Positions 1-12,000 of a stretch of DNA of 64,000 bases are shown one piece after another. The DNA comes from Convolutriloba macropyga. Lineage: Eukaryota. Each line of letters starts with the position of its first letter. The stretch's first letter is position 1. Under the pieces are notes generated by a model that worked only from the letters and a program-made list of their open reading frames with translations, had not been told where the DNA came from and searched no databases. Both the position numbers and the translations under genes were made by a program. The stretch is taken from contig NC_134472.1 of NCBI RefSeq assembly GCF_964194025.1, forward strand, positions 57,474,001-57,538,000, in the 5' to 3' direction.

Positions 1-89
1 ACACTCCAGCCTCACTGCAGTTCAGCACTGCAATCTCCCTTTGTCCATTACACAGGTCCGCAAAGTGAGGCACCTCCAGGATCACAGTG
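1..89 (-). CDS. Ank: Ankyrin exon, ZU5 continued (truncated by window edge)
   Basis: [22 protein letters not shown] matches PVIVEIPHFAAL...ERELVVL; ttattgtag acceptor, phase 2. Confidence 0.88.
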
Positions 90-3000
90 CTACAATAACA
101 TACACATATGCATTCCAGCCAAAGCTGGCCGCCGCTTCATACAAGAGAAACATAGGGCCTATTTCTCCATATGCAGATATCCAAAAATTTCAGTTTCAGG
201 GAACTCTAAATACTGTGATTGACAGAATGTGGGGATAAACAAGATTTATTTAATACCAAGTTCTTGGAATGACATCCATTATTTTCAAAACTACATAGCA
301 ACCATTATATTAGGCGTCAACATAAACAATGCACAAAGTGATCCTAAAAACTATACTTATGCAGGCAATTTTTACTAATTTACCCGTTGAATTTCAAATG
401 AGGTGGGTCCATTTCCAGAGGTCTAGCGGCAAAAGCTTCTCCTTCGGCTTTTGGGTACTTCTTAACCATCTTCTCGGGTCGAATGTACCTGCACTTAATT
501 CTAGTGGGCTCGTCCACTCTTCTCGGCGGAATTATAATTCGGATTCCCGAGTGACGTGCTCCTCGCTGAGTGACTCCTTTGGCAGTCACCACGAAGGACA
601 CGAAGAACCTGAAAACCATAATCACTAATTACAAATGTTCAAAACCCTAATTTCTTCATTTCTACACATTGAGTGTAAAATATGTCTTAATGGTGCTCGA
701 CAAGAAAATATGCCAATGTCAGCTCAAATCCCTACCCACGATTCAACTTTAAACTCGGAGAGAGTGGAGTAAGCAGATGACTGTAACCAAAGGAAAGAAA
801 TACGCGTACATCAAGGGGGGGGGGGGGCATTTTGGCAAAGCTAGTTTTATTGAGAGCTTAATGAGTTGCCATGGAAATAATTTGCTCAGCATCAACTCGT
901 ACTTGACTTAAACGATAGCTTTTGGGCAAATTCAAGAAATCATCCCTACTCACGCGTTCTCATTTACACACTATGTTAAACGTTTATTGTTTCATTTCCA
1001 GTCGGTAACGGTTGCATAATTATAAGTGCGGAAAGGAGTATATCTGAAATTCTGTAAGCGTTTCACTATCCAGAATCGCAGGCGTTCTTTTGTTTTATTT
1101 CATTGCAGAACACAATCCGATTATGCAAATGAGAGACTCGTGTGCCACTTTAATATTGCTTTGAAAGATCTTTATGATGTCTCCTGAAAAAGTGGACACA
1201 ATCCGAAAAATGACAAGCTAATCTGCAACTTAAATTCCCACAACCAAGAAAGTTGACATTGACCCCACCTAAGATTTAAAGAACAGAATGAAGGAGAAAT
1301 GAAACAAAAAGCAGGTGTTTTAGGGATTCGAAAATGAATCTAGGTAGAATCTAACAGATAATATACCTTGTTCTGTCAAAGGAAAAATGATCACACAATC
1401 AGACAGTACTCAATCATGCAGTCGAGTTTAAAGAACACTGAAAACATAACCCACGCAAGAGGTAAACATTGCTCTCAATCAAGTAGCACGGACTGGATTT
1501 AATAGTAGCTAAAATAAGCGTGAGTAGGTTAGCCTCAATAGTGAAGGGGCGCTGGCAAAAAGGATTAATCCAAGCGTTAAAAAAATTACTGCACCTTTAG
1601 AAAAACCAGTGAATGGTATTCCTAGAGACTATTGCTCCTATACCTCTTATTGCTTTTGGGCTTTGCCAGTTTATACCGTTTCTGAGGACCAAAAGTCAAA
1701 TCGGCTTAAAAATCTTACTTAAAAAGATTAGAAGGACAAAAATAATTGCTACAAATTTGGTTTGAGAGCAATGAAAGAGTTAACGTGACAAGCCCAATTT
1801 GTACACAGATAATTGGAAAGACAGTATCACAATTAGACCAATTATTTTAAATGGTCAGATTGATTACACATTCATTAACATCCCAAGTTACGTCCAGCTA
1901 ATGCTCCAGGTTTAATATCGCCACTAGATCATAATTTTCAGAATACGATGGCATGAGAACCCACAGTGTCAAATCAAAGAATCTTTTGAAATAAATTAGA
2001 CCTACCCAGCCCTTCGTGATCTGGCCAAGTCAATACCGTCATCTCCCTCGTCACTAGATAAGGTTCCACTTTTCATCCTGTTCAGATCTGTCACTGAAAG
2101 ACGGTTCCAGGTATCGTACCTCTCCCTAGAACAGCAGATGATGAAAGTTCCCTTCTTAACAATGACCGACTTTTAATGATAAGAGAAGAGGAAGCGATAT
2201 CATGTGAATGTATAAAACAAGCATCGTTAATCAGTTAAGAAGTAGCGCTATTTTATGCATTATAAATTACAAAAGCTTAAAGATTATATCTTCAATTTAA
2301 ATTGTCCATCTGTCTCGCCAAATAAGGTTATGACTAAAACAATTGTATGGTATTGTGACAGTTTTATCTTGGAATGTTTGATACTTAAAGGAGTTAAAAA
2401 TATATCAAAGCAAATGAAGCTCATAATAGATTTATGATCCTTGTTTTCTAATATTTGCTAATTTCCACCATTTCATTACAGTTCATCTTTTTCGTTTAAT
2501 ATTAAAATTAAAATATTAAAATTACACAAACCTTTCGCTGTAAAAAGTTATTTCTTCAGGAGATTTCCGTAAAATCGGGTCTTAAATTTTAATTGCCTGC
2601 ATCGCACATTCAATTTTTCTAATAATTTTTAGCAGCAAATATTGTACCGATAAGAGAGATAAACTAAAGTAATTCGATATATACTGACTGCCATCCCTAT
2701 CGACAGAAGCGCAATTGACCATTTTAGTATTTAAATAGCTCTCGTGCACATACTTAGTTTCCGTTCTAAATGTCATTTATTTTATTGGAATTGCAACCAG
2801 CTCTCTTCTTGAGTTTAAATACTTCTGTTGAGAAACATTGAGGAGACAGCTAACAAGGAGCCGGTGACCATCATTACATCCAATGCTTGATTTCAAAAAT
2901 ACAATATGTAAACTAACTTGTAAGAGGTAATAGTCAGTCCAGAGATATTTGAGGTTCCACTGGTCGGTCGACTGGAGAAGCCTCCAATTATGTCTCCACT

Positions 3001-6000
3001 AGTCGGCCTCGAGTCCTGAAAGAGCACATCATAACCACTACAAACCATATTTTATTCAGGTTGAGGAAAAAGAGGAAAAATTGATAACAGAAACATAGCT
3101 AGATGCACACAGATTGGGCCACTGAGGGGTTTATCCGAAGCTAGAGTAAACTAGTGTACTTTTGACAACTTCAGCGCAAAAAATGAACAAAATTAAAATT
3201 GGATATAGACCACTGGAAATGGCGGTAAACGATGGTTGAACGGTGAGCTCAATATAATCCACAACTAAGTGAACAGGATAATGAAAAGGCTTAATTGCGT
3301 GGAGAAAACAACAGAAATTTTCGACGATTTTTTCCACCTCGGAAACAATTTAAATCAACTTTTTGAGCAATGAGAATATCAGACATTTATTTACGCAGAC
3401 ACAACTGACTTTTTCTTAATAGTTGGCACGATTATCCGGAAATCATTGTATACAATACAAGGGAAGATTGGCACCAGCTTTGCTCCGCAAAAGAAGTGAT
3501 CCAACCTATAAAAACACAGCCGCCATATTGCCGGAAAAAAGCCGCCGTTGACGCGCTCGATGAACTTTGATAACCTAATTCTCAAAGACTTTATGACCGG
3601 GCTTTATCGGTTTATCCCGTCTCTTTTGGTTTTGCTCTTTTGACCGTGACTGTATTCACTAACTTGTGTAATTCATTGAGTTAACGGATTTAAAAACCAT
3701 TCAGTTGAAACAGTGAGTGAGGTAAGTCAGAAGTCAAACGTGAAAGTCGTGACTTATGTAAAACAAAAAACGTGATCAAACGGTAAAGAGAGTTAAAAAA
3801 ACATAGCAGGACAAGTCCTGACGAAAGAATTCAAAGAATTTCAAAGAATTCTAAAGAATTCTTAGAAAAAAATTCAAAGATTTTCCATTGACTTAACAAA
3901 AAACTAGACCTAAAACGGACTATGAGTGAATTGGTAAAACCATTTCTAAAAAAATCAGACAAAGAACAAAAAAAATCAGAAAATCAATGTAAAAATGCCG
4001 CATGTGAACAAAAAACCACTAGCGAGAAATGGAAATCTGGTTCAAACAAAAAACTAGGCCTAGAATTAGCTATGAATGGATTGGTAAAACCATTTAGAAA
4101 ATCAGATCCAAAAAATTGAAAAAACAGTAAAAATCAAAGTGAAATTGCCACATGTGAACAAAAACCCACTAGCGAGAAAGCGAATTTTTGTTCAAACACC
4201 GTTTTCTCACTCTACTTTAAAAATAGAGCGAAAAAATGTCACGCCGCAAAACCACTCGCTTTTTCGCTCCATTTCTTGTTCCGGCGTGACCAAAATCACT
4301 ACTCCAATTTGACTTCAAAAATCAAGAAAATGTGCGAACAGATCTTAAAAAAAAGACAGCGCTCCAATACAATTCAAATTCTTTGAACTGTAAAAAGATA
4401 GCGCCTAAATAATAGCCGTTTGAGAGGCTGACGGCGGCTACTAATAACAACCTTTTCCATGAGATAAAAGCAGACAAGAATAATGAGTGATAATTTGCAG
4501 TCCAAATGTGAATAGAGAAGTTAAAACTTTTCTAATAATTTTCTAAAAACATTCAAACTGAAGGTTCTTCTTTTAGGATTAGAGGGCCATGCAGAACAGT
4601 ATCCCAATTTTTAATAGCTGTTTTAAGGTTGTTTTTTTTGAAGCTCAATCAATATAAGACAAAAATATGAAAAATCAAAATAAGCTGAATCAAATTGTTA
4701 GTTTCTGTGGCCTCTAAAACGTTTTAAAGATCAATCAATAAACAACTCTTCGTTACCAATACGATGAGTGAACTGGGGAAAATTAGCTGGATCGACTGAC
4801 GGCGAGAACTTCTTAATGAACTTCTAAAAAAACAAGAACAATTTTTGTTAAAGTGAGCTTCGTGAAAACAAAATTAATCTCAATTTCTACAGTGAAAGAA
4901 GGTATATCCTTGTCAATTAATACCGCCGTCATCTTTCCAGTCGGCTATTATTCCGCTTATACCTTTTACGATTCAAAGAATTAAGTTGTGATCACATTTT
5001 TCCGACGACTAAGAGCGTCCAAAACGTGTCCCACAGCTGGTTGGAGAAGTCTTCCAAGATCTTAGTGTGCTTGAAGGTGCTGGAAAGACCTTTATTTAAA
5101 AAACTGAGAATGATACTTTTAAAAAACTTTTCACCAAGAAGGCATGAACAGAAAACACTCTCAACACGTGCCGTTTTTAAGTGCGGCATCGACTTTAAAA
5201 TCCTGTTTTAAACATAGCCGGCAAATTGCAGGAAAATAGCCGCCGTGGAGCCCTTTGACGCACATGAAACAGAAAATAAGAAAAAATTGCCAGAATTTTT
5301 ATAAGTGTCAACGTGTTCTTATTTGGTGTGTAAATGCTGCATTTTCAGTTACACTAAATTCAGCTTCTAAACTGAAGGCTTTAAGCATAATACTAATGCA
5401 AGCTAGCAATCGCTTTAATGACCTTTGATAACCTACCTAATGCATTAGGACTTAATGACCGGGCTTTATATGTTTATCCCGTTTCTTTTGACTTTGACCA
5501 TATTCAATATATTACTTAATTCAATACGTGAAAGAATTTAAAATCCATTTAGTTGAAACATTGACTGAAGTAAATCAGAAGTCAAGCGTGAAAATCGTCA
5601 CTTATGTAAAACGTGAAAACGTGATCAGGAGGTATAGCGGATTAAAAAACGGAGAGCGCCTAAATAATAGCCGCTGAGAGGCTGACGGCGGCTATTAAAC
5701 ACATTCTGAAAACTTTCACTCGAAAAACGCTAAACCAATACTCCTCTTCGAGTCGTAAAAAGGAGAGCGCCTGAATAATAGCCGTTGAGAGGCTGACGGT
5801 GGTGACTTAACATGTCAAAAATATTTGCTCTCGAATTACAAAGAAGGTAGCTCACGATTAAGTACATAGCTTGTGATTAAGCTTAGGATCCCGTTTCTTT
5901 TGAGAAAGTGAAAGAACTTTCTCAAACAAAAAATGTGAAAGTTTTGCGAAAAAAAGATGCGAACACGACTGCAACAACTGCTTCAAACTACGATTGAGAG

Positions 6001-9000
6001 TAAATAACAGCTTTCAACTTATACTGCGTTTAGAAACATAAACATAACCAACTAACGTCGAGCGAATTGCTCTCAAACAATCGGCGAGCGTTTGACTTCG
6101 TCAGTAGCAAGCCACGGTATAATGAGGTTAGCTTTAGCTTGATTCGACTCTGCAACTTAGTTTTCTAGCCGTGTAAGTAAATAAATAAAAACTGATATTT
6201 TAAAAATTTAAAAGAAAAGCTTCCAGATTTCGCAGTGAAAATGTTCAAAACTAAATTTTGTCTCTGGAGTTAAGTCAAGTAACCTATCTGCAAGGCTTGA
6301 AAAACTTCTTTGGCCAGTTATGATCGATAAACACAGAAAAGTACAAAAATATTCAAAAATTGTGAAAACAATAGCAAATTTCAACAAAATTCAAGATATC
6401 AAAATCTCCAAAACCATTTAATCATCTTAAGAGACTATCCAGAATCCCTATTTTAAGCTTTAAATAGATTCACTGGCTCATAAAGATCCTTTAACTTGGA
6501 ACAAGATAATAATTTTCCGGAAAATTGAAAAAAATCCAAATTTATAAAAAGATTGCTAAAGAAATTTTTTGCAATCAAATTTATAAAAAGATTGCTAAAA
6601 AGATTTACTAAAGCTGGAGTCATTAAAATATTGATAACCATTCCATTAACTCCATTTACTATGCTACAGTTTATCATCAAATCTTGGAGGAGGTCCTTAG
6701 GACCCTGGTGCCGGAAAAAATGATTAAAAACTTCAAAAAGATTAAAAAAAAACATAAAAAATTGCAAATAATTTTAAAAAATTTCTGATATCAAAATCTT
6801 GAAGAATATTCCCTTACATCTAGAAGCTATTCAGTAGCCTACAATCAAACCCTAGAGGAGGTTATGTGGCCCTTGAGGCTGGAAAAACCTAAAAATTATA
6901 AATTAAAAAATCTAATAATTTGCTAAAATGACAAAAAACAGCTAAAATTGGTGATAATAAAAGTTGAAACCTAATCCATGGCTATAAAACATTTTCCATT
7001 AACTTATTATCAAAACCTAACGGAGATTTTCTGTTAGGCTAAAAAACCTTAATAATGACAATAAATGTCAAAAATTGAAAAAAAAAAATAGCAAAATTTG
7101 TAAAAATGCTAAAATTCGCGATGTTAAAATGCTGTGCTGAAACCATTCCACTACCACTAGAAACTATGCAGTAACCCATTATAAAACACTAGAGGAGGCT
7201 CCTTGACACCTAGGGCTGCAAAACTCAAAAAATGACAAATTTTCAAAAAGCTTGAAAAAAATTGTGAAAATTAGTATGAAATTGTGTGTTTTTAGCGATC
7301 GGTTGTTCAAGCGAAGCCAGGGGGGGCAACAATGGGGTGGGGGTCAACACCGCAGTGGGGGGGGGGGGGTAGGGGCACTAGTGGGGGGGGGGGGTCAACA
7401 ATTGGGGTGTCTTCGAACTCTAAGAATCGCCCTTCACACCATTCACACCTTTACCTATTATCGAACCCTAGAGGAGGTTCTTTGACACCCAGTGCAGATA
7501 AAAATAAAAAAATGTCAAAAATTTTCAAAAAGCTTGAAAAAATTGCAAAATAGTAAAAAATTTTGTTTTTAGCAAGCGAATGTTCGTCAGCGCAAGCGGT
7601 GTTGTGGGGGTCACCGGGGCTTGATTGGGGGGCACCGGGGGTGGGGGGCATCAGTGCGGTGGGGGGCATCAGTGCGGTGGGGGGGGGGGGCAATAGGGGG
7701 AGGGGGGGGGGGGTCAAGAACCGCCCTTCACACCATAAGTATAAGTCTCCAAAACAGTTTGCGCTGAAACAGAGTTGAAAGGCTCTAAGAGCACTTAATG
7801 CCCGCTGGGTGCTACCTGTTTATCCCGTTTTTGAGGACCAAAAGTCAAAAGCGTCAGACGAAAAATCGGTCAAGCGAAAAATCGCATAAAAAAGACCGAC
7901 AAGACTAATATAATTGCTACAAATTTCGTTTGAGAGCAATTAATATAACTAAGAAATAGAAAAACAATAGGTTCAATTACAAGAGTTTAAATAAATTTAC
8001 TAACTGGGTTGAGGAAGGAGTTGTTGTTGAAAGTGTTGAGTCGGTTGGCGACTGTAGGGTTGAAAATGATGTCGTCCTGGTTGAGCCACTCCTCATCGTC
8101 ATTGGTTACGAAAGGCGTGTTGATATCATCAACTAAACACAAAGTCAAGCTCATCAACAATCGCAATTCATTTGAAACCAAAAACTCGATAAGATAGCGA
8201 GAATTCATATCATTTAAATTGAATTGGGTGAGTGCTGGGTTAAGACTTGAAGTTAATCATATCGACTTTATAAAGACAAACGGCATGTTAGCATGTGTCA
8301 CAACAGTTTCATGCAACTGAGCTAGTGGCTTATTTTTCTCCTTCATTTAGGACCTAATAAAGATCAACCAAAAACAGAGTCAGCAGAAATTACTGATGGA
8401 ATTTTGAACCATTTCCAAGTAGGGCTAGGTAGCAGTCCCGAAAATAACGTTATGTTCGCATCTTTCCAACTTTTCATTTTGATACTATTTTGGTGATAAG
8501 TAAATTAAGGGAAAATTATCGAAGGTGATACGTGATACAGTTGCGGACACATTAACTAGAAGACTTAACTCAGATAGTGGACACTGAACCTTATACATAG
8601 TGCGTAATACATAAACCCTTGACCACTCAAATGTCCTTCTAGCATCAAAGGGCTGAGAGCCAGCAATCACAAACAAACTCTTTTCAAACAAGCGGAAAGC
8701 TACAAAAATAATTTACACTCGGTGGTTTTTTTTCCTGAGTTCAAAAAAGAGACGTGATAAAAGATACATTATGTTGAAACCCTGTTACTTTTAAAAATGC
8801 ACAAGTTTTAACAAGCTAGAAATTTTATAAGACCATCTTATATTACTTAGTCAATTAAATGAGCCTACAAAGATCGTAAATATGATATATTAACAGAATC
8901 GACCCTCTCCTTTTATGTGATCTCAAACTTCTCCATGATCAAGCCCTGGACACGGTACACTGTATCTCCTATACAATCCTATGGATCTAGTCAGGTTTGA

Positions 9001-12000
9001 AATAACAGCGGGCCTCATAACAAATATCAGTTTACAATGTTAGATGTCACCCGTGATTGATGCTTTCAACTCTTTAGTTGGGCTTCTGATCAATAGTTAC
9101 TACATTAGTACATTAAACATTGACAATGTATATTGCACAGTATTACTAACCTAGCATATACTCGGCTGAAAATCAGTAAAACTTTAGTTGATCAGAACTA
9201 AAATGTCCACCAGTACACGCAAAGCTGCAGTGAAGCTGAGTCCTCAAACCTGACTAAATCATTCGATCAAAATATTCACTTATTAAACGTAAAATTTGAA
9301 ACAAAAAAATGGTCACAGCGGAAATGGCCAAGTAGGCTATACACCTTGTGGAACAAACTCTCAAAGCTCACACGACCTGATGACCGGTCATTCCGATCAG
9401 TAAACAGGATCGAGACGACAACCATAATTAGTAGACAATAATAACTTCACTCCATTAGTCTTGTACAATCCTCAGTTCGCTAATACTCCTAAGCTTAAAT
9501 TTCAAGTGATCAAATGAGCCAAGTGATGGCAAATTCAATGATCTATGATCAAACAGTGCTACTACATAAAACAGTTAACTCAGTGGAAGGTGCTTTTATC
9601 AACGGAAGTAAATGTTCAGATAGCAAATTGCACATGACGAATGACTCGTTTTGTCTTTAGTATTCTTAAAGCAAGCAAATTTTAGTTTCTCTGCTGTAGT
9701 CTGTAAATCCCAAGTGACTATTATCATCAATTTGACTAACGAAGATCCAAAAGAGGGCTCTTTAGTTTACACGAATTCAACTTAGATGAATTTGTCTCTT
9801 TATTCGAAATTTATCCGTAAAAACAACTAACGTCAGGCGAATTGCTCTCAAACGACCGTCCAGCGGTTGACTTTGGTAGTAGCCAGCTGGGGCTTAGGGA
9901 TGCTAGCATGGGGGCGCTGAGGCGACTGAGGGGGAGATTTTGAGGTTAGGGAACCTAATCTAAAACTTTAAGATTAGGGAACCGCCTTTCACGCCATGAA
10001 ATTGTCTCCTCAAAACAGTTTTGTTGAATCCCATTCTTTGAGACTGGCAAGGCTCTAAGAGAAGTTGATGCCCTCCGGGCGTTGCCTTTTCATCGTGTTT
10101 TTGAGAACGAAAAGCCAAATGCGTCAGACGAAAAATCGTTCACGCGAAAAATCGTATAACCAAGACCACAAGACTAATACAATTGTTACAAACTTCGCTT
10201 GAGAGCAATTCAAGTTCAAAAATATCGGTGATGTTTTAAGTTTGAAAAATAAGGAAAGTAATATTGAGCTTCTTTTCTTTGTCGGAAGGAAAAAAAATAT
10301 AATATTTTAATAATCGCAACTCTCCAAGCATTTGTGGAACTCTCGAGGGAACGAGTAACAATTTTTGTCAGAACTGAAAAATCTTTCAGCAAAATTTTAT
10401 TTTTTAATTTTCTATCTACGGAAGAGCGGTAACCATTATTTGAACACTGAACGTAGCAATTTTACAGTTAACTACAGAGGATAAAAGAATTAGGGTCTTT
10501 TTTACCTCGGTAAAAAGCTATCATTCAAATTTCAAAAACTTAATAAAATATAGAACCTCAGCATGATGCAGAAAAAATTGAAAAAAAAAGTGCACATCAA
10601 AACGCTTTTTAAACATCAACTATTGAATATGAAATAATAATCAACTTTCCATACGTGTCTTGGTCTTAACCATTGCGGGGTCAAAGGTAGATAGAAACTA
10701 TTGGGGCACGGGCAAATGTATTATTTTGTTTTCAAGAAAAAAACTTCATTTGGAAGCTGAGTTGAAAAGCATTTTCATTTAGCTTCCACGGTTCGAAATC
10801 AACAATCTGCTCTGATTAATTAAATAACAACACCAAAACAATTCAAAAACAAAATACTCACACATTTTTCGAGTTGTAACCTCTTTAATAGACATTAAAA
10901 TTCCAAAATAAAGCCGGCAGATTACCGGAAAAAAGCCCTGATAGACGCTTGTGGCCGTCCAAGGAATTGAAAAAAAAACTAAAGAAATAAGATAGACAGA
11001 TTGACCATCAGTAGTTTAATAGATCACTAGACTTTTTGGTGTTAGATTCGGAATCTCATTTTCATGAGACACATACCCTTTCAAAGCAGAAAGCCCTAAG
11101 AGATTTTTCAAAATTAACTTACTCAAAATAAAGAATTAGGGCATATACCTTTAGCACTACTTAGATGCACACAATTGATTTTTAACTAGCAAGCGCTCAT
11201 AAAATTTAAAGTTCATTAAAAGAGTTCAGAAGTCACATTTTGAGTGAGTAAGTTACGTAATAGACCTAAAAGCAGAACAAATGATGTCACGCACACAGAT
11301 TGTGACTGCAAAGCAGTAGAAGGCACTGAAATTGAAAAGGTCAATGGCAGATCTCGATGGAGACGACGATCTAAAAAAACATAACAGGACAAGTCCTGAA
11401 ATACAACTCAAAAATTGTATTAAATTATGACCTGAAAAATATAAACTCTGCTTTAAAAGGCTGATGAGAGCTGTTAGTAATGAGACTATGCATAGAAACA
11501 ACACCAAAACAACAAAAACAAGCAAGACTAAAAATTCAACATTAATTTTTTGAAAAGACTGGATTACCATCAAAAAACAACTGCTATAAACTCAAACTAA
11601 CAACTATAATCCTCTATCTCTCATTAGCAACCTGTCATTAAATGTCGATAAGTCCTCTCATTAATAATATCAAATAAGACAAAAACAACAAAAAATCGCA
11701 ATAAAACTCGCTGAAACTTTTTGAAACATCTTGGTATAAAAGTCACAACACGCAACTACTAATAAAGGATACAATTACATCAACTATTTGAGTCCTCAAT
11801 GACCACCGTCGAGATCTGTCATCAATGAGATTAAGTGATAAGACAGCATCAAGTACAACAAATACTAGCAAAACCAAAAAAAATCAAAGATTTAAAAATA
11901 AAACGAACAAGCGTACAAGTCACAAAAAGTAACAGCTATGAACAGGAATTACGTGCCTCACTTGAAGCCTTTTGAGCAACCAATGAGATCAGTCAATAAT

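Noticed and set aside
8893-8968. Possible extra ankyrin exon after a ttgtatag acceptor
   Set aside because: All three frames contain stops and the donor is weak.
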